Assembly: GCF_040938485.1 (NCBI RefSeq)
Contig: NW_027271058.1
Span: forward strand, 434,001 to 498,000
Direction: 5' to 3'
Source of the DNA: Diadema antillarum
Taxonomy: Eukaryota
DNA length: 64,000 nucleotides
The notes below the pieces were generated by a model. It saw nothing but the letters and a program-made list of their open reading frames with translations, did no database searches and was not told where the DNA came from. Of this stretch, positions 53,701 through 63,599 are shown one piece after another. The translations under genes were made by a program, and so were the position numbers. Positions within the stretch are counted from its first letter, which is position 1; every line of letters starts with the position of its first letter.

Positions 53701-56088
53701 TTTTGCGAATTGAAAAACACACAAAAATATTAACTAGAATCCCGACATGAATATGAAGTGCACGCATGCATTCTCTGTTTAGCGCTGCACTACACAATCG
53801 TGAATTTACCCACTCGCGAAATTGTCAGGAAGTCCAAATTCGCAGAAAAATTAGACTCGCTAAATATATGGCATATACAGTATACACTTCATATATAGCT
53901 AGTTATTTGTCATTACTCTTCATTATCATTTGCCATCTATTTAGAAATGATTTTCACAATATTTGTTGAAGACAATGGTGGGTTTGCTCATCCAATCGCT
54001 CAAATAACTTAATGGTATGCTCTTACGCATTGTTGAGTGATAGACAATAACTATAATTGAAGCTGCTCTGTGGGATCATAGGAAACAAAAGGAAGGATAA
54101 CAACTTACCACAACAATGGCAGTGCCCACAAGGACTACGGCAAGACTGAAGCCAGTCAGGAAAAGCCACGCTATCCCTTTACTGCGGTCCTAAAAAACAC
54201 AGACAATAGAAAGAAAAAGCATGTAGTACCACAAAATATTGCATTCATCAAATTCCTATAGAGATCTATCATTTCAAAATTGGATATCATGTGAAAATGG
54301 AAAATGAAAATTGGAAAATGTTACTTTTCATTATTCATTGAAAGTGTATCACTACATTACGTAGCCCCTTGAGGATGAGCTGATTTTGCTATAAGACGCA
54401 TTTCCCATAGACACCTGCTCGACTATTCTCGGGACCTGTCTTCAACGGGTTACAGGTACTTTTCACCGTAGGGAGCACTAATTTAAAAGTGTTTGAGTTC
54501 ACATTTGACGCATATGAGTTGGTCAGTTGTACCACAAAACATCCCATCATATAAAAATTTTGCAATAAAGCCTAAAATATAAGGAGAAATCATTATTTTT
54601 CTCACTAAACCATAACTGTAGATGGTTTAGTCTGGTAACAATTTTATTATAACTATTGTTCACATTTTGTATATTTAACAATACTTAACATTAATTATAA
54701 GATCAAAATTTTTACTTTGGTAGTTTCTATCCCTAATTCACATTTCAGAACTATTTTGAAGCACCAGAGCTGGGTTTTGGTGTCACCTGCAAATGGTAAA
54801 TAATGTCTTTAAGACAGTGGCATTAGTGTATTGTGCAATAATGGGCAGGTTTCCATTGTTGTCATTGCAATTAAAATTCATTTCAGACAAGTCTTTATTT
54901 CTTTCTGTCTTTTTTAGCTGAAAGGGATGCTATGTGAATTGTGATATACACTCTAAAAAAAAAAAAAAATGAAAAAAAAATGTGTGTTAGTGTAATTTCT
55001 CGTCAGTTCATTTGTTTACATAGCAGCCTTGAAACATTTTCCAGACATTGCTATCAAGGCAGTCTGACTAAGTACTGCAGGTGTAATGTAAGTTGCAATA
55101 TTGCTGCATGAGTTCATAAACATGAGCCTTTAACCCTGAAATGATAACCCCAGTTAGCAGCCAGTTGAAGCTATAGTACTCCCATTTGATGACATAATTA
55201 TGACATTGGAAAGAGGTGCCATGCTGAGGCAATAATGAACATTTTCCAACTTTTATACGATTTGACAGTGTGCAAAATGCAATTATAAATCAAATCAACC
55301 GAAACAAAACAAACAACACTGGCCTGCACGATTAAAGCATTTGTACCCACAGGAGGCTGCATCACTCTGGTGCTTCCTAAACTAGCATCTGCGGAGACAA
55401 CAGAGTGAGTATGTCATTTACAAGCCATGGTTCCGCAAGGATAGATGCAAGACCAGCTATATTTTTGGAAAACTTCCCCTTTTTATTTCCGAGGGAGGGA
55501 TTTCAGCGGTGTACCTGGAGGAACTCCTCGGTCTTGTCCCACTTGAAGTCTGAGATGAGGTCGATCATCTGATGGAGGAGGAACCCCACGATGCCGGTGG
55601 TGAATCCGATCAGACCCATCATGACCCAGCGATCCCAGTCCAATCTGATGCAAAGAGGGTAATCACATACGAAAACCAGGATGAGAGAATTTAGAAAGAC
55701 TTCAAAGGATGAAACACATGTGAATGAAGTATGTTTTGGACTTGTGAGATCGATCAACAGCAGAGCCATATAAATTTCATTGCTTGCTATGATCAAAATC
55801 AAAATCAAGATCAAAATCCAGACTGAAGTTTTCCATGGATAATAATGTCTTACAAATTCACCTTGCGGGTTGCTGCCTGAGCCAATTCCTGTAGACATGG
55901 CTGTGTGGAGGTAAGTAATCAAGACTCTCGTACGCTGCGAGGAGCTCACGCTCCTGCGGTGTGTACTGGTGGTTGTCGTAGCGGCTCTCCCGGTCACGGC
56001 CCTTGGCAAAGAAAGAGTTTGAGTCATCTGTCGGGTGGCTGTCATCTCCTTCTCCTATGACAGCCTTGCTGGTACCACGTATCTTCAT
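31919..56088 (-). CDS. CLC-family chloride/proton exchanger (CLC-6/CLC-7-like branch, 'chloride channel protein C-like'), 17 coding exons, 848 aa, two C-terminal CBS domains
   Basis: Exons 56088-55862, 55644-55515, 54189-54109, 51400-51225, 50575-50483, 50001-49878, 48991-48872, 48134-47940, 47296-47211, 45947-45808, 45391-45220, 39745-39565, 38646-38480, 37337-37155, 36250-36151, 33564-33469, 32194-31919. All introns GT-AG with matching phases; total 2547 nt = 848 aa + TGA. CLC motifs: [56 protein letters not shown]; CBS motifs HGGFPVV and RHLTVVD...GIITRKDL. Confidence 0.95.
32670..33100 (+). mobile_element. Short HINE-like element in CLC intron 16
   Basis: 5' acctccgccaag, 3' acagacaaac...ataaccgtctaggcggagtaat. 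Confidence 0.55.
33469..33564 (-). CDS. CLC coding exon 16, inter-CBS linker (VRLDHL...DLYITL)
   Basis: TAG acceptor, TTG|GTAAGA donor, 96 nt, phase 0/0. Confidence 0.87.
33633..33911. mobile_element. TA-flanked MITE, CTGTA family, degenerate
   Basis: ta|ctgtgaaagctgttattt ... aaatatagcagcttttatag|ta. Confidence 0.65.
34654..35182. mobile_element. TA-flanked MITE, CTGTA family
   Basis: ta|ctgtatacgctata ... ttatagcgtatacag|ta. Confidence 0.85.
35185..35393. mobile_element. TA-flanked MITE, CTGTA family, abutting the previous copy
   Basis: ta|ctgtaaaagtggatattt ... aaatttccacttttacag|ta; shares TA 35183-35184 with the neighbour. Confidence 0.85.
35691..36026. mobile_element. TA-flanked foldback element in CLC intron 15
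   Basis: Imperfect ~130-bp arms: ctcccattccatagaaatttt...gactatcagg / cctgatagtc...aaaatttctgtggaatggggg. Confidence 0.8.
36063..36128. repeat. (CA)n microsatellite, read as (UG)n ~20 nt after the exon 15 donor
   Basis: Direct observation. Confidence 0.97.
36151..36250 (-). CDS. CLC coding exon 15 (VELMVILY...LDYQK)
   Basis: TAG acceptor, AAG|GTCTGT donor; completes CBS1 (GIITR-VEL). Confidence 0.88.
37155..37337 (-). CDS. CLC coding exon 14, CBS1 (VNLELY...HGGFPVV...FMGIIT)
   Basis: CAG acceptor, AG|GTGAGG donor; CBS motif. Confidence 0.94.
37875..38430. mobile_element. hAT-like MITE in CLC intron 13 with a (TGCAC)n tract
   Basis: agggctcgaca / tgtcgagttct termini; ggggccc subterminal motifs. 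Confidence 0.5.
38480..38646 (-). CDS. CLC coding exon 13 ([14 protein letters not shown]...HPLYHALL...PFL)
   Basis: AAG acceptor (uncommon -3 A), GTGAGT donor; central tyrosine in HPLY. Confidence 0.93.
39482..39521. repeat. (TG)n microsatellite, read as (CA)n ~40 nt after the exon 12 donor
   Basis: Direct observation. Confidence 0.97.
39565..39745 (-). CDS. CLC coding exon 12 ([11 protein letters not shown]...[28 protein letters not shown])
   Basis: CAG acceptor, GTGAGT donor; canonical helix O-P motif. Confidence 0.96.
41365..41540. mobile_element. Palindromic MITE (GGGGGCG termini, CWG flanks; Harbinger-like) nested in the satellite
   Basis: gggggcgtttcatcaacgagttcgtc / gacgaactcgttgatgaaacgccccc; inserted at the catcaggag site of one unit, flanked by ctg and cag. 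Confidence 0.85.
41627..42750 (+). mobile_element. Helentron-associated non-autonomous element (HINE / DINE-1 / pearl-like)
   Basis: 5' subterminal atgcctccgcc, internal gacctttgacct-rich repeats, (GGAC)n at ~42670-42702, 3' stem-loop gcctccg..cggaggc; inserted in the A-run of a satellite unit without a TSD. Confidence 0.8.
44040..44345. repeat. Three ~115-bp tandem units inside the composite element
   Basis: aagaaaatctt.tc....ggaattat...ggggcaaa...acgcttgcc repeated three times. Confidence 0.7.
44960..45205 (+). mobile_element. tRNA-derived SINE, same family as 12711-12953, antisense in CLC intron 11
   Basis: gtccttggacaagatg..ccctctcgacccaggtgtatacatgggtacc core; (ATC)n tail ends ~15 bp from the exon 11 donor. 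Confidence 0.8.
45220..45391 (-). CDS. CLC coding exon 11 ([17 protein letters not shown]...SAGLVVPM)
   Basis: CAG acceptor, GTAAGT donor; helix N motif region. Confidence 0.94.
45808..45947 (-). CDS. CLC coding exon 10, luminal loop (PTGYSPKC...YTCPPG...NGS...NKSFNQ)
   Basis: CAG acceptor, G|GTTAGC donor, phase 2/1 fits both neighbours; Cys-rich loop with two N-x-S sequons. Confidence 0.85.
46201..46366. mobile_element. CTGTA-family MITE, CpG-decayed
   Basis: ta|ctgtaaaacc ... ggttttacag|ca; a related fragment lies at ~30330-30480. Confidence 0.7.
47211..47296 (-). CDS. CLC coding exon 9 ([21 protein letters not shown]...)
   Basis: CAG acceptor, GTGAGT donor, phase 0/2. Confidence 0.88.
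47570..47783. mobile_element. MULE-like MITE with internal telomere-like repeats
   Basis: 9-bp TSD attattggc (47561-47569, 47784-47792); subterminal IR catttgctcctgcaacaatt / aattgttgcaggaacaaatg; internal (ccctaa)-like repeats. Confidence 0.82.
47940..48134 (-). CDS. CLC coding exon 8 ([29 protein letters not shown]...EPCIII)
   Basis: TAG acceptor, ATC|GTAGGT donor, 195 nt; helix J GxxGGxxGxxF pattern. Confidence 0.93.
48872..48991 (-). CDS. CLC coding exon 7 ([19 protein letters not shown]...YIMFQ)
   Basis: TAG acceptor, CAG|GTTGGT donor, 120 nt. Confidence 0.92.
49878..50001 (-). CDS. CLC coding exon 6 ([34 protein letters not shown])
   Basis: Canonical helix G-H motif including the proton-glutamate position; CAG acceptor, CAG|GTGGGT donor. 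Confidence 0.96.
50483..50575 (-). CDS. CLC coding exon 5 ([12 protein letters not shown]...FRNPED)
   Basis: CAG acceptor, GTGAAT donor, phase 2/2. Confidence 0.93.
51225..51400 (-). CDS. CLC coding exon 4 (AAGSGMPE...[13 protein letters not shown])
   Basis: Selectivity-filter serine motif and gating-glutamate motif; CAG acceptor, GTGAGA donor. Confidence 0.96.
51502..51852. mobile_element. Foldback element in CLC intron 3
   Basis: aacgtctgatgc..gtggaagcatccgccacctatatcca / tggatatagcggtggatgcttccac..gcatcagacgtt. Confidence 0.75.
52030..52809. mobile_element. MITE with TATA flanks
   Basis: tata|gggcaattccgcagttag ... ctaaccgcggaattgccc|tata; internal gtaacgttactaacc repeats. Confidence 0.8.
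52864..53147. mobile_element. Harbinger-like MITE with tcgtacgaa repeats
   Basis: cggtcacaaa / tttgtgaccg termini, TAA/TTA-like flanks. Confidence 0.7.
53641..53880. mobile_element. CTGTA-family MITE
   Basis: ta|ctgtatgcgccaaatattt ... aaatatatggcatatacag|ta; another partial copy at 49661-49818. Confidence 0.75.
54109..54189 (-). CDS. CLC coding exon 3 ([27 protein letters not shown])
   Basis: TAG acceptor, GTG|GTAAGT donor, 81 nt, phase 0/0. Confidence 0.9.
55515..55644 (-). CDS. CLC coding exon 2 ([17 protein letters not shown]...EEFLQ)
   Basis: CAG acceptor, CAG|GTACAC donor, 130 nt, hydrophobic helix B. Confidence 0.93.
55862..56088 (-). CDS. CLC coding exon 1 (MKIRGT...[11 protein letters not shown]...QQPA)
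   Basis: CAG acceptor at 56092-56090, ATG at 56088, donor AG|GTGAAT; contains the YESLDY N-terminal motif. Confidence 0.88.
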
Positions 56089-56958
56089 TCTGAATTTGTA
56101 ACGTTGCAACAATTTCAGGAGAGAAACTTTGGGAGTGAAACATATCAAGGTCTATCGCATCAATGAGCCCTATTCTTGAAAATATAACATCTTATTCGTC
56201 TTAAATTGCTATACATTTTGTTTATCGTTTTTCTGGCTGATGAGATACTGGTACACAAAGTCAAATTTCAAGGAAAATTTAGACTTGCACTAAGTAATTT
56301 TTCATAACCTCAGTGACATCAGGCATTAGTGATGAATTCACTATGCCGAGGTTAGCAATCTTCCACTGTTGTCTCAAATATTCGTAAATGAGTACAAGAA
56401 TCAGGAACAGCACATCAGTCTGTGAGTGGTTTATTCTTAACCATTATTGACCATTCATCCAATGCTCTACATGTTGAATCTTGATTCTAAAATGTTGATG
56501 CTTTGACAGGGGGAATAAATACCAAGCTGCACGGTAGCTGGAAATAGAAGTGTAAGTGAATATATGAAGAGTTTGTTTACAAAAACCGATTTTTAAGTAC
56601 AGTCTCTGTCATAAAGTACAAAATAATACCTTTTAAATGATATATTGGTCACTACATATAAAGGTTCATTTTTGAAGTTATGGTCAAAAGAAGCAAAAAT
56701 TTTCTTATTATTCTCTTTATTTTTCTTGACCTTTAATTGCAAATATCTCCATTTGGAAAATATGGACTTATCGGTTTTTGCGAACAAACTCTTCATATAA
56801 TTGTAGTGTGTGATACATGCATTTGCTATAATCAACAAATGACACAGCAAACACCTGCTATTCTTTTCCATAGATGGTGCTCAAAAGCCTGACATAATCC
56901 AAACTGTATCAATATAAATTTAAGACACAGAACAGAAATCTGTATTACCGGTACTCAC

Positions 56959-57101
56959 TTGCCAAATTTGTTGTGTTCCTTCAAATGCACTTTGCCATTG
57001 ACACCCACTACCAGTTAGGATGGTGTAGCCTATAGTCCAGATGCCAAAGTTTCTCCAAATGCACTTGCGATGAATTCATTCCACTGTGAATCCACTCAGT
57101 T
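56959..57101 (-). other. Putative non-coding 5' UTR exon of the CLC gene containing two uORFs
   Basis: TTTCCAG acceptor and CAA|GTGAGT donor; stops in all three frames; coding exon 1 has an acceptor 1 nt before its ATG, so an upstream exon is required. Confidence 0.5.
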
Positions 57102-58542
57102 CTGGAAATACACAAATAAATCCTAGATTCTAAGTATACGGAACATCGAGCTATTACCTATGTAAATTCCAAGGATGAACAAATTATCTAAGGCTGGCAC
57201 GAGTATCAGTTAGTTAATAGACATGTTGGGTCTTCGCCATCAAAATCAAGTGCAACATAGAATATGCATCCATGTATTATTTTGCCTAACCTACACTGAA
57301 TACTCTATTTAGCTATCTGTGTTTACATATGTAAATTTGGGTGTATTTTTGTTAGGCTGGTTCTTCAAGCTGATCCTGTAGTATTAAATGTTGTTGAACA
57401 GTGACCTTTGTAACCAATAAATAAAAATTTTCTATATGTGATATCTGTCAAACGCTGCTATTAATGATGAAACAACGTAATACTTGATTACAGTAGGGAC
57501 CACAAACACTCACATACACACACTGATATGTACGTCAATATTTGGCTAGGAGTCAAAAGTACAGCCTGCCACAGGGGCAAAGTTCATCCCAAGGTTTGGG
57601 AATTCGTGCCACAGAGATAAGGAAAACAAAAATCTACGCTGCCTAGATTTCATGATAAGAAACTGATAGCCAATTCTTAATTAAACCCTCTGCCTCTCAA
57701 AACTATGGACATGCTTAGTAAACATCATAACATTAGGAAGCCTACCACTCAGTACAACACAAAGGCTTACAAATATTTCATCTTGAGTGGATGATAAAAG
57801 GGTAAGAGCATTGCAGTGGCATATTGAAATCTGGCAATTACTTAATGGATATCTAAAAAAAATTGTATGTGATAGCAATGTGAAATTTAAAACATACATT
57901 TTTGTAAAGAATTTCAGTTGCACAATGACAAACATTGAATAAAATATATCACTTTCTACAGTATCAACTGGTTATCACCATTTCCCCATCACTAAAAATG
58001 AAATGCACAAACTGTCCAGGTCAAGACTGAAATGGTTCATTTTAAATTGGGCAAAATATGTATCATATTCAGAAGTTTCCAATTGAGGAACATCAAGACC
58101 AGAAAAAGGTAGAAGATTCCCCCCCCCCCCCTGCAAAGATGAAGTTATCCCAACAAAAAACACATTGTGTACAAGAGTACTACTATAGAAAAAGCATGCA
58201 CTGAAAACCAGAAGAAATTTGAGAAGAACCAGAAGATGCAGTCATCAATTCCAACAGCTAATAGTCATAGAATACTCAGTGACTTTTAGCACTCCCGCTG
58301 GCAGCTCTTTGGAGGCACTGCATCGCAATAGATTTGATTTTTTTTTTCTCTCATTTCTATCATCATTATTCTGTATCATCAGTGTCAATTTTTTTTATTA
58401 CGTACCAGATTTCTTTTTCTTTTTTTACCAGAGAGATTGTGAAAGCCCACACTGATAGATCACATCAAAGGACCCCTTAGAGTACCAGAAAAAAATAAAA
58501 ACAAAATAAAATACAGGAATGATAAATGAATGAATGAATAAA

Positions 58543-58671
58543 NNNNNNNNNNNNNNNNNNNNNNNNNNNNNNNNNNNNNNNNNNNNNNNNNNNNNNNNNN
58601 NNNNNNNNNNNNNNNNNNNNNNNNNNNNNNNNNNNNNNNNNNNNNNNNNNNNNNNNNNNNNNNNNNNNNNN
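58543..58671. other. Assembly gap
   Basis: N run. Confidence 1.
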
Positions 58672-59749
58672 TGAAAAAAAAAATGGAGGGGGGGAGAAGA
58701 GGGAGGTTACTAATCACGAAGATTTCCACAACCAATGCACACAAAATCAATGCATTTAGGAGCTCCTCTGGTCCACGATGAGTGGAGACTAGCTATGTGA
58801 GCATGAACAAAGTTCCTAACTTAACTCCCATGGGGTCCACTATCATCAATAATGTCACTATTCACAGCAGTAAAACTTCAAGTTAACTTGAAGAGACAAG
58901 CCAGCTCAGTGTGAAGCCAAGTGTAGTACATGTATTATGTACCCTTCTGGAAAGAGTTCCTTTTATAATGAATGCAGGTTTTGTAATGTTTTGTTTGATT
59001 CCATTTATTTATTTATCTATTTATATTTATTTATTTATTCTTTCTTTTTTTTTGGGGGGGGGGGGAGATTGTGATCCAACATTCTAAATAAGGGCAACAT
59101 TTTTCCAAGGGTAGAGTGGTTTGGGGCATGGGCTTTTCTTTTGCTTCGTTCTGTTTTTTTTTTTCTTCCATTATTTGTTTAAACATTATTCAGGAAATAT
59201 TAACCCAAACTCTAACTCTAATTCTTTTACCCTATCCGGTACTCAAACCCTGACCCTATCTTTAGCACTCTGGTATCCATGTACCCTAGCTACTGTCTGT
59301 CCTCAGACAGAGTAGGATTCCGGAATCAAGCACACACCTCTTGTTGTCAACTTTGTAATCCTAAAAAGCAACACAAACATATCATTTTCAACTATGCCAT
59401 TGTATAAAATCGTTGTTGTTGTTGTTGTTGTTGTTTTTCTTTTTTTTTGCCATGCCACCCTCTTCTTACTAAATCCTAGCTTGCCCTACATACTGCACTA
59501 ATAGTACGGTACATCATAGGCCCATGATTGTACCCGTATCATACATGGCATATTGCTATAGATAGGAGTATATAATGACAAATGTCAGTTGGGATAGCAA
59601 GGATATTCTGTCAATCTCCTATACTCTCTAGGTCGACAACTATTTGAGAAGTTGGAATCCTAAACTAAACTGCAATCATGTAATCAATCGAGTGGCATCC
59701 GATGGGATCAAGGCAAATCCGGCAACTCAATGCTTTTAGTACACTGTCA

Positions 59750-60490
59750 AGCAGACAAGGGTGTCACGTCTACGTCTTCGGGCGGGGATCGATGTTTCGC
59801 TAGCCCGGGCCGGCTAGCGCTCGCTTGGCTCCACCCCCTGTACGTGTGTTTTTTTTTTTAGACGGCACAGATTGGGGACCCTAACCCTAGCCCTAACCCT
59901 AACATGGGTGTATGCAAGGGGGGGTCGGGAGGGTCGTACGACCCCCCCAAATTTTCAAAAGGTCCACTTTTTGTAAAAGACATTTTTGTTTTTTGAGGGC
60001 TTTTTACTCTATATAGGCCTACAACAGGGAAAAAAAGTGACCGGTGTTCCAGCAAATTGTCAAAAACCTCGTAAATTTCGTAACTTAGTTTTAATATGCC
60101 ATAATTTACCTTATTTCTAAGCCGCACTGCCATACCGAAAAAGTCACTTTTGTATGCACCAAATGGCCCCATTTTAAGATACAAAATTCAAAAACTCCCT
60201 ACCGTGGGAGGGGGGACACCCCCCTCCCACACCCTCCCCCCGCTCGGTCGCTCCGCTCCCTCGCAAAGGCAAAGGTCCAAAAATTTTGATTACGACCCCC
60301 CCAGAAAAAATCCTGGATACACCCCTGCCTAACCATCAAACCCTAACCCTAACCCTAAACCCTAACCCAACGTGTTTCCCATAGGTTTAATACGCGCCAT
60401 GCCCCAATCTGTGCCGTCTAAAAAAAAACGCCCCCGTACTGCACTGTTAGCTAGCGCTAGCTGAGCCGAGGACGAAGCGTATAAGCGAAG
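59750..60490. promoter_or_regulatory. CpG-rich promoter-like region (candidate CLC promoter), split by a MITE
   Basis: CpG-dense flanks on both sides of the MITE, GC box gggcgggg near 59780; ~3.7 kb upstream of the CLC ATG. Confidence 0.35.
59840..60439. mobile_element. MITE with telomere-like core, containing a nested 5-bp-TSD element (59903-60327)
   Basis: TIR ttttagacggcacagattgggg / ccccaatctgtgccgtctaaaa, GTAC at both outer edges; nested element catgggtgtatgcaag / cctggatacacccctg with TSD cctaa. Confidence 0.85.
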
Positions 60491-62261
60491 GCAGTTTCAT
60501 TCACAATATATTGCTACGAAAAACATTATTCTTCATATCTCACTAGTCTAGGTCTACAAACAAATTTTCATATCCTGTTGTCGTGCATATTCCCTATACT
60601 GTAAGATAATTTGAAAAGTATTTGGATCACACAAGTAAGTCGCTCCTTAGATCCCTTAAAAGCTGCAAACAACTGTAAATTTACTGAATTGTTTCTAGGC
60701 GATTGACAACTTTCCCAGCACACACTTGCAATCAAATGTATGGGACTACATATTTCTGGCTCCAACCCCTCCCCCATGGCCATTACGCAAAAGATAGAGA
60801 TAATTTTTCACAACAAAATGCAAACTTACGATCAGCTCCAAAATATCACTTTCTGCTTTCTACAACGTGCCACATCTGCTAAGATCTCAGAACGACAACT
60901 TGCGATTAGCAACCTGCTTTTTTGGCAGTTTTGAGTTTTCGTAAATAAAGGTTGTGTACACTACGTACAGCTTGCTTGATAGATCGGACAGGGAGTGAGT
61001 GTTGTTGATGTTATTTATGTTCGAGGCTAAGGAGCAACCTGGCCCTCGAGCTCCGTAGGCACTCAATATGAATCTAAATATGAATATAATTGTAGATCAC
61101 AAACATTCTTTTAGAGACGTTGCCACCTCCCCTCCGTGTGGTTCCCCCTGATAATGAAAATTTTATGAGAAAAATGAAATAACTGAAAACGAGAATGGTA
61201 ACATTATATTCAGCTATTCATTTTATTCTTTCTGTGTCGATGGATTGGAAAAGAGGACGAATATATAATCATATATTACCAAGCTCAGTCATAAGAAATT
61301 AAAACGGAGAGGAACTTATGATGAAAGCTGGAAGATTGTTCCATGTCAAGAGAGGCATTTGAATATGGAGTGGAGCTGAGAAGCCTCTTATTGATTTTAT
61401 CATTATGAAATATGGAGTATGTTATCGAAACATGAAACATATATATGAAGCATCATGTGCCCCTGGTCCTGTACTGTACACGTGACACTATAGGGCCTAA
61501 TATTGTGTGATTTAGTGAACATATTCTGCTATATAATATATTCTAGCCATGTTTAAAAAGAGTTTTAAAAACGCACAATCATATTTTGATAGACTTCATT
61601 TTGAAATTTAAGAGAGATAGATAGGCCTACTAGGCTATTGACAAGTATTTCTATAGGGGCGTCGATCGGGTGGAGGGATATAACAAGGGGCGGGGCCAGG
61701 TTTTAGCCCCCATTTTGGCTCGCGCTCTCCCCCCCCCCCCCCCCCCCCATCCCCGTATGATTCCAGGGATGTGAACATTCTTCATTTTTTTTTATTTTGT
61801 AGAAAACTGTCCAAATATTTCACCATAAGTGTGCAGATTGTTGAATTTCAATTATAAAAATGCAAAAGTGTCACACCCTATCTCCCGTGATCGGTCCTTT
61901 ATATCATAGACTTAGGGACTAAGTATTGCACTTTATCAAATCTTTTTCAGAATTTCCGAATATTTCATCATTAGGCCTATTATCATTTATATCTGCCACT
62001 TCAGTAAAAAAAAAAAATGCAAGAGTTCCCTCGTGTGGGAAAGGATCCATATCCTCATCTTATTTTCCCCGCTTGGTTCCCCTTCAGAGTAGGCCTACTT
62101 TTGGTAATTGAGAATTTTCCAAATTCCATCCAAAATGTGCTTACGAGATATTTTGATTTGAATTAATGCAAGAGCTTCCTTGTATCCACTGCAGGGTGTT
62201 GATAATCGAAGGAGAGAGTCACAATGGAGGACCGGGCCTGGGGATAGTGTGTAGTGTGTGT

Positions 62262-62311
<50 letters not shown>

Positions 62312-62589
62312 TGTGTGTATGTGTGTGTATGTGTATATTGTGTAACATATGTATGGTCTATAGTGAGCCCCCTCCAATATTTGCCCCCAATCCAAAACTG
62401 CTTCCGGCGCGCCTGGTCAAGGGTCAAGACTAATTTGTCCTGTATCTTGGTAATTACATGCCCGATCACTCCCATATTTTGCACGCATTAAGCCCACGTC
62501 ATCTGGATTGATTCACAAATTGATAACTTTCTAATCAGATGCCATCTTGGCTGTCTAAAGTAGGGTCAAGGATCAAACAAATTTGGTAA

Positions 62590-63413
62590 ATACATGGCAT
62601 ATTGCCCTAATATTTTGTGCAGCTATAGACCTTGTTAAAAGGATCATTTCTTAAGATACAGCGTATTTTTATCTTACAAAAGCGTGCAATCCGTATATGA
62701 TTAGCAATATACCATTTTTTAGCCACACAGGTCTTCTATTCAAAGAACATAACTTATTGACGATTTTTGATATGAACAATTGTTTTTCTCACTGTTTTCA
62801 TGTACACATATATAAACAACATTTTGCCAGGTTTTCTTGATACTTCTTTCATCCAAAATACGAATAAACATAATACTAGACAGATGAATAGATTGTATAT
62901 CCCAAATTTTAGATGTTGCATTTCAAGATACACTTTCAAATATACGGGACCTGTTCTATGGAACGACTTGCCAAATGTGATAAAGCTGTCTAATAGACTT
63001 TCAATATTTAAAAGAAGATACAAATCATTCCTTGTTCATAAAGATATATTATAAATTTGAAGTCTTATGCAGTGTACAAGCACCACACTTTGATTACTCT
63101 TGCCTTCTTATATGTATTGTGCACTTTTGTAGTATAGTTTTTCTTGTGTGTATTGCATCAATGTAACTATTCTTTGCTGTAACACTTGGGATCAGCCATA
63201 GAAAGACCAACGGTCTATGTTGATCCCCCCCCCCCCCACAAACTGAAATAGCTGTTTTTATGTTGTGTTTGTCTGTTGTAAAATCCTTGTAAGGTGGACT
63301 TATTTTTTCTTGTATTGTTGCAATGTCCTACTGTGTATGTATCATTCCTGTATTTTTTGTAAATGCTTTTTATCAGGATGTGGAAATAAATGAAATGAAA
63401 TGAAATGAAATGA
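62590..63413 (+). mobile_element. 3' end of an L2/Crack-type LINE
   Basis: LQKRAIR..HT..LFKE.NLL, HNTRQ...F..RYTFKYTGPVLWNDLP...FKRRYK; then 3' UTR, AATAAA and a (TGAAA)n tail at 63385-63413. Confidence 0.82.
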
Positions 63414-63599
63414 GACAACGTCTTTTTCCTCAGACACCATCTTGTATAGAAAAGTGAGGTACAGAGATACAAAATGCTTGTTTTTTTCTTTCTGTTAGCA
63501 TAATTATGCCCTTTCCATTTTAAATCTGAAGGCATGGCAGGTTTGATTCCCTTTTCTTCGACGAGAAACTAAAAAAAAAATAAATAAATAAAAATCACA

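Noticed and set aside
55503-56148. ORF-track starts at 56148 and 56045 as the CLC N-terminus
   Set aside because: Both read through intronic sequence. A clear acceptor lies at 56090, and the 180-aa ORF is off-frame over exon 1, joining the true frame only in exon 2.
59880-60370. Telomere or interstitial telomere fusion site (also 24985-25050, 47650-47725)
   Set aside because: The short degenerate CCCTAA repeats are internal to TIR-bounded MITEs.
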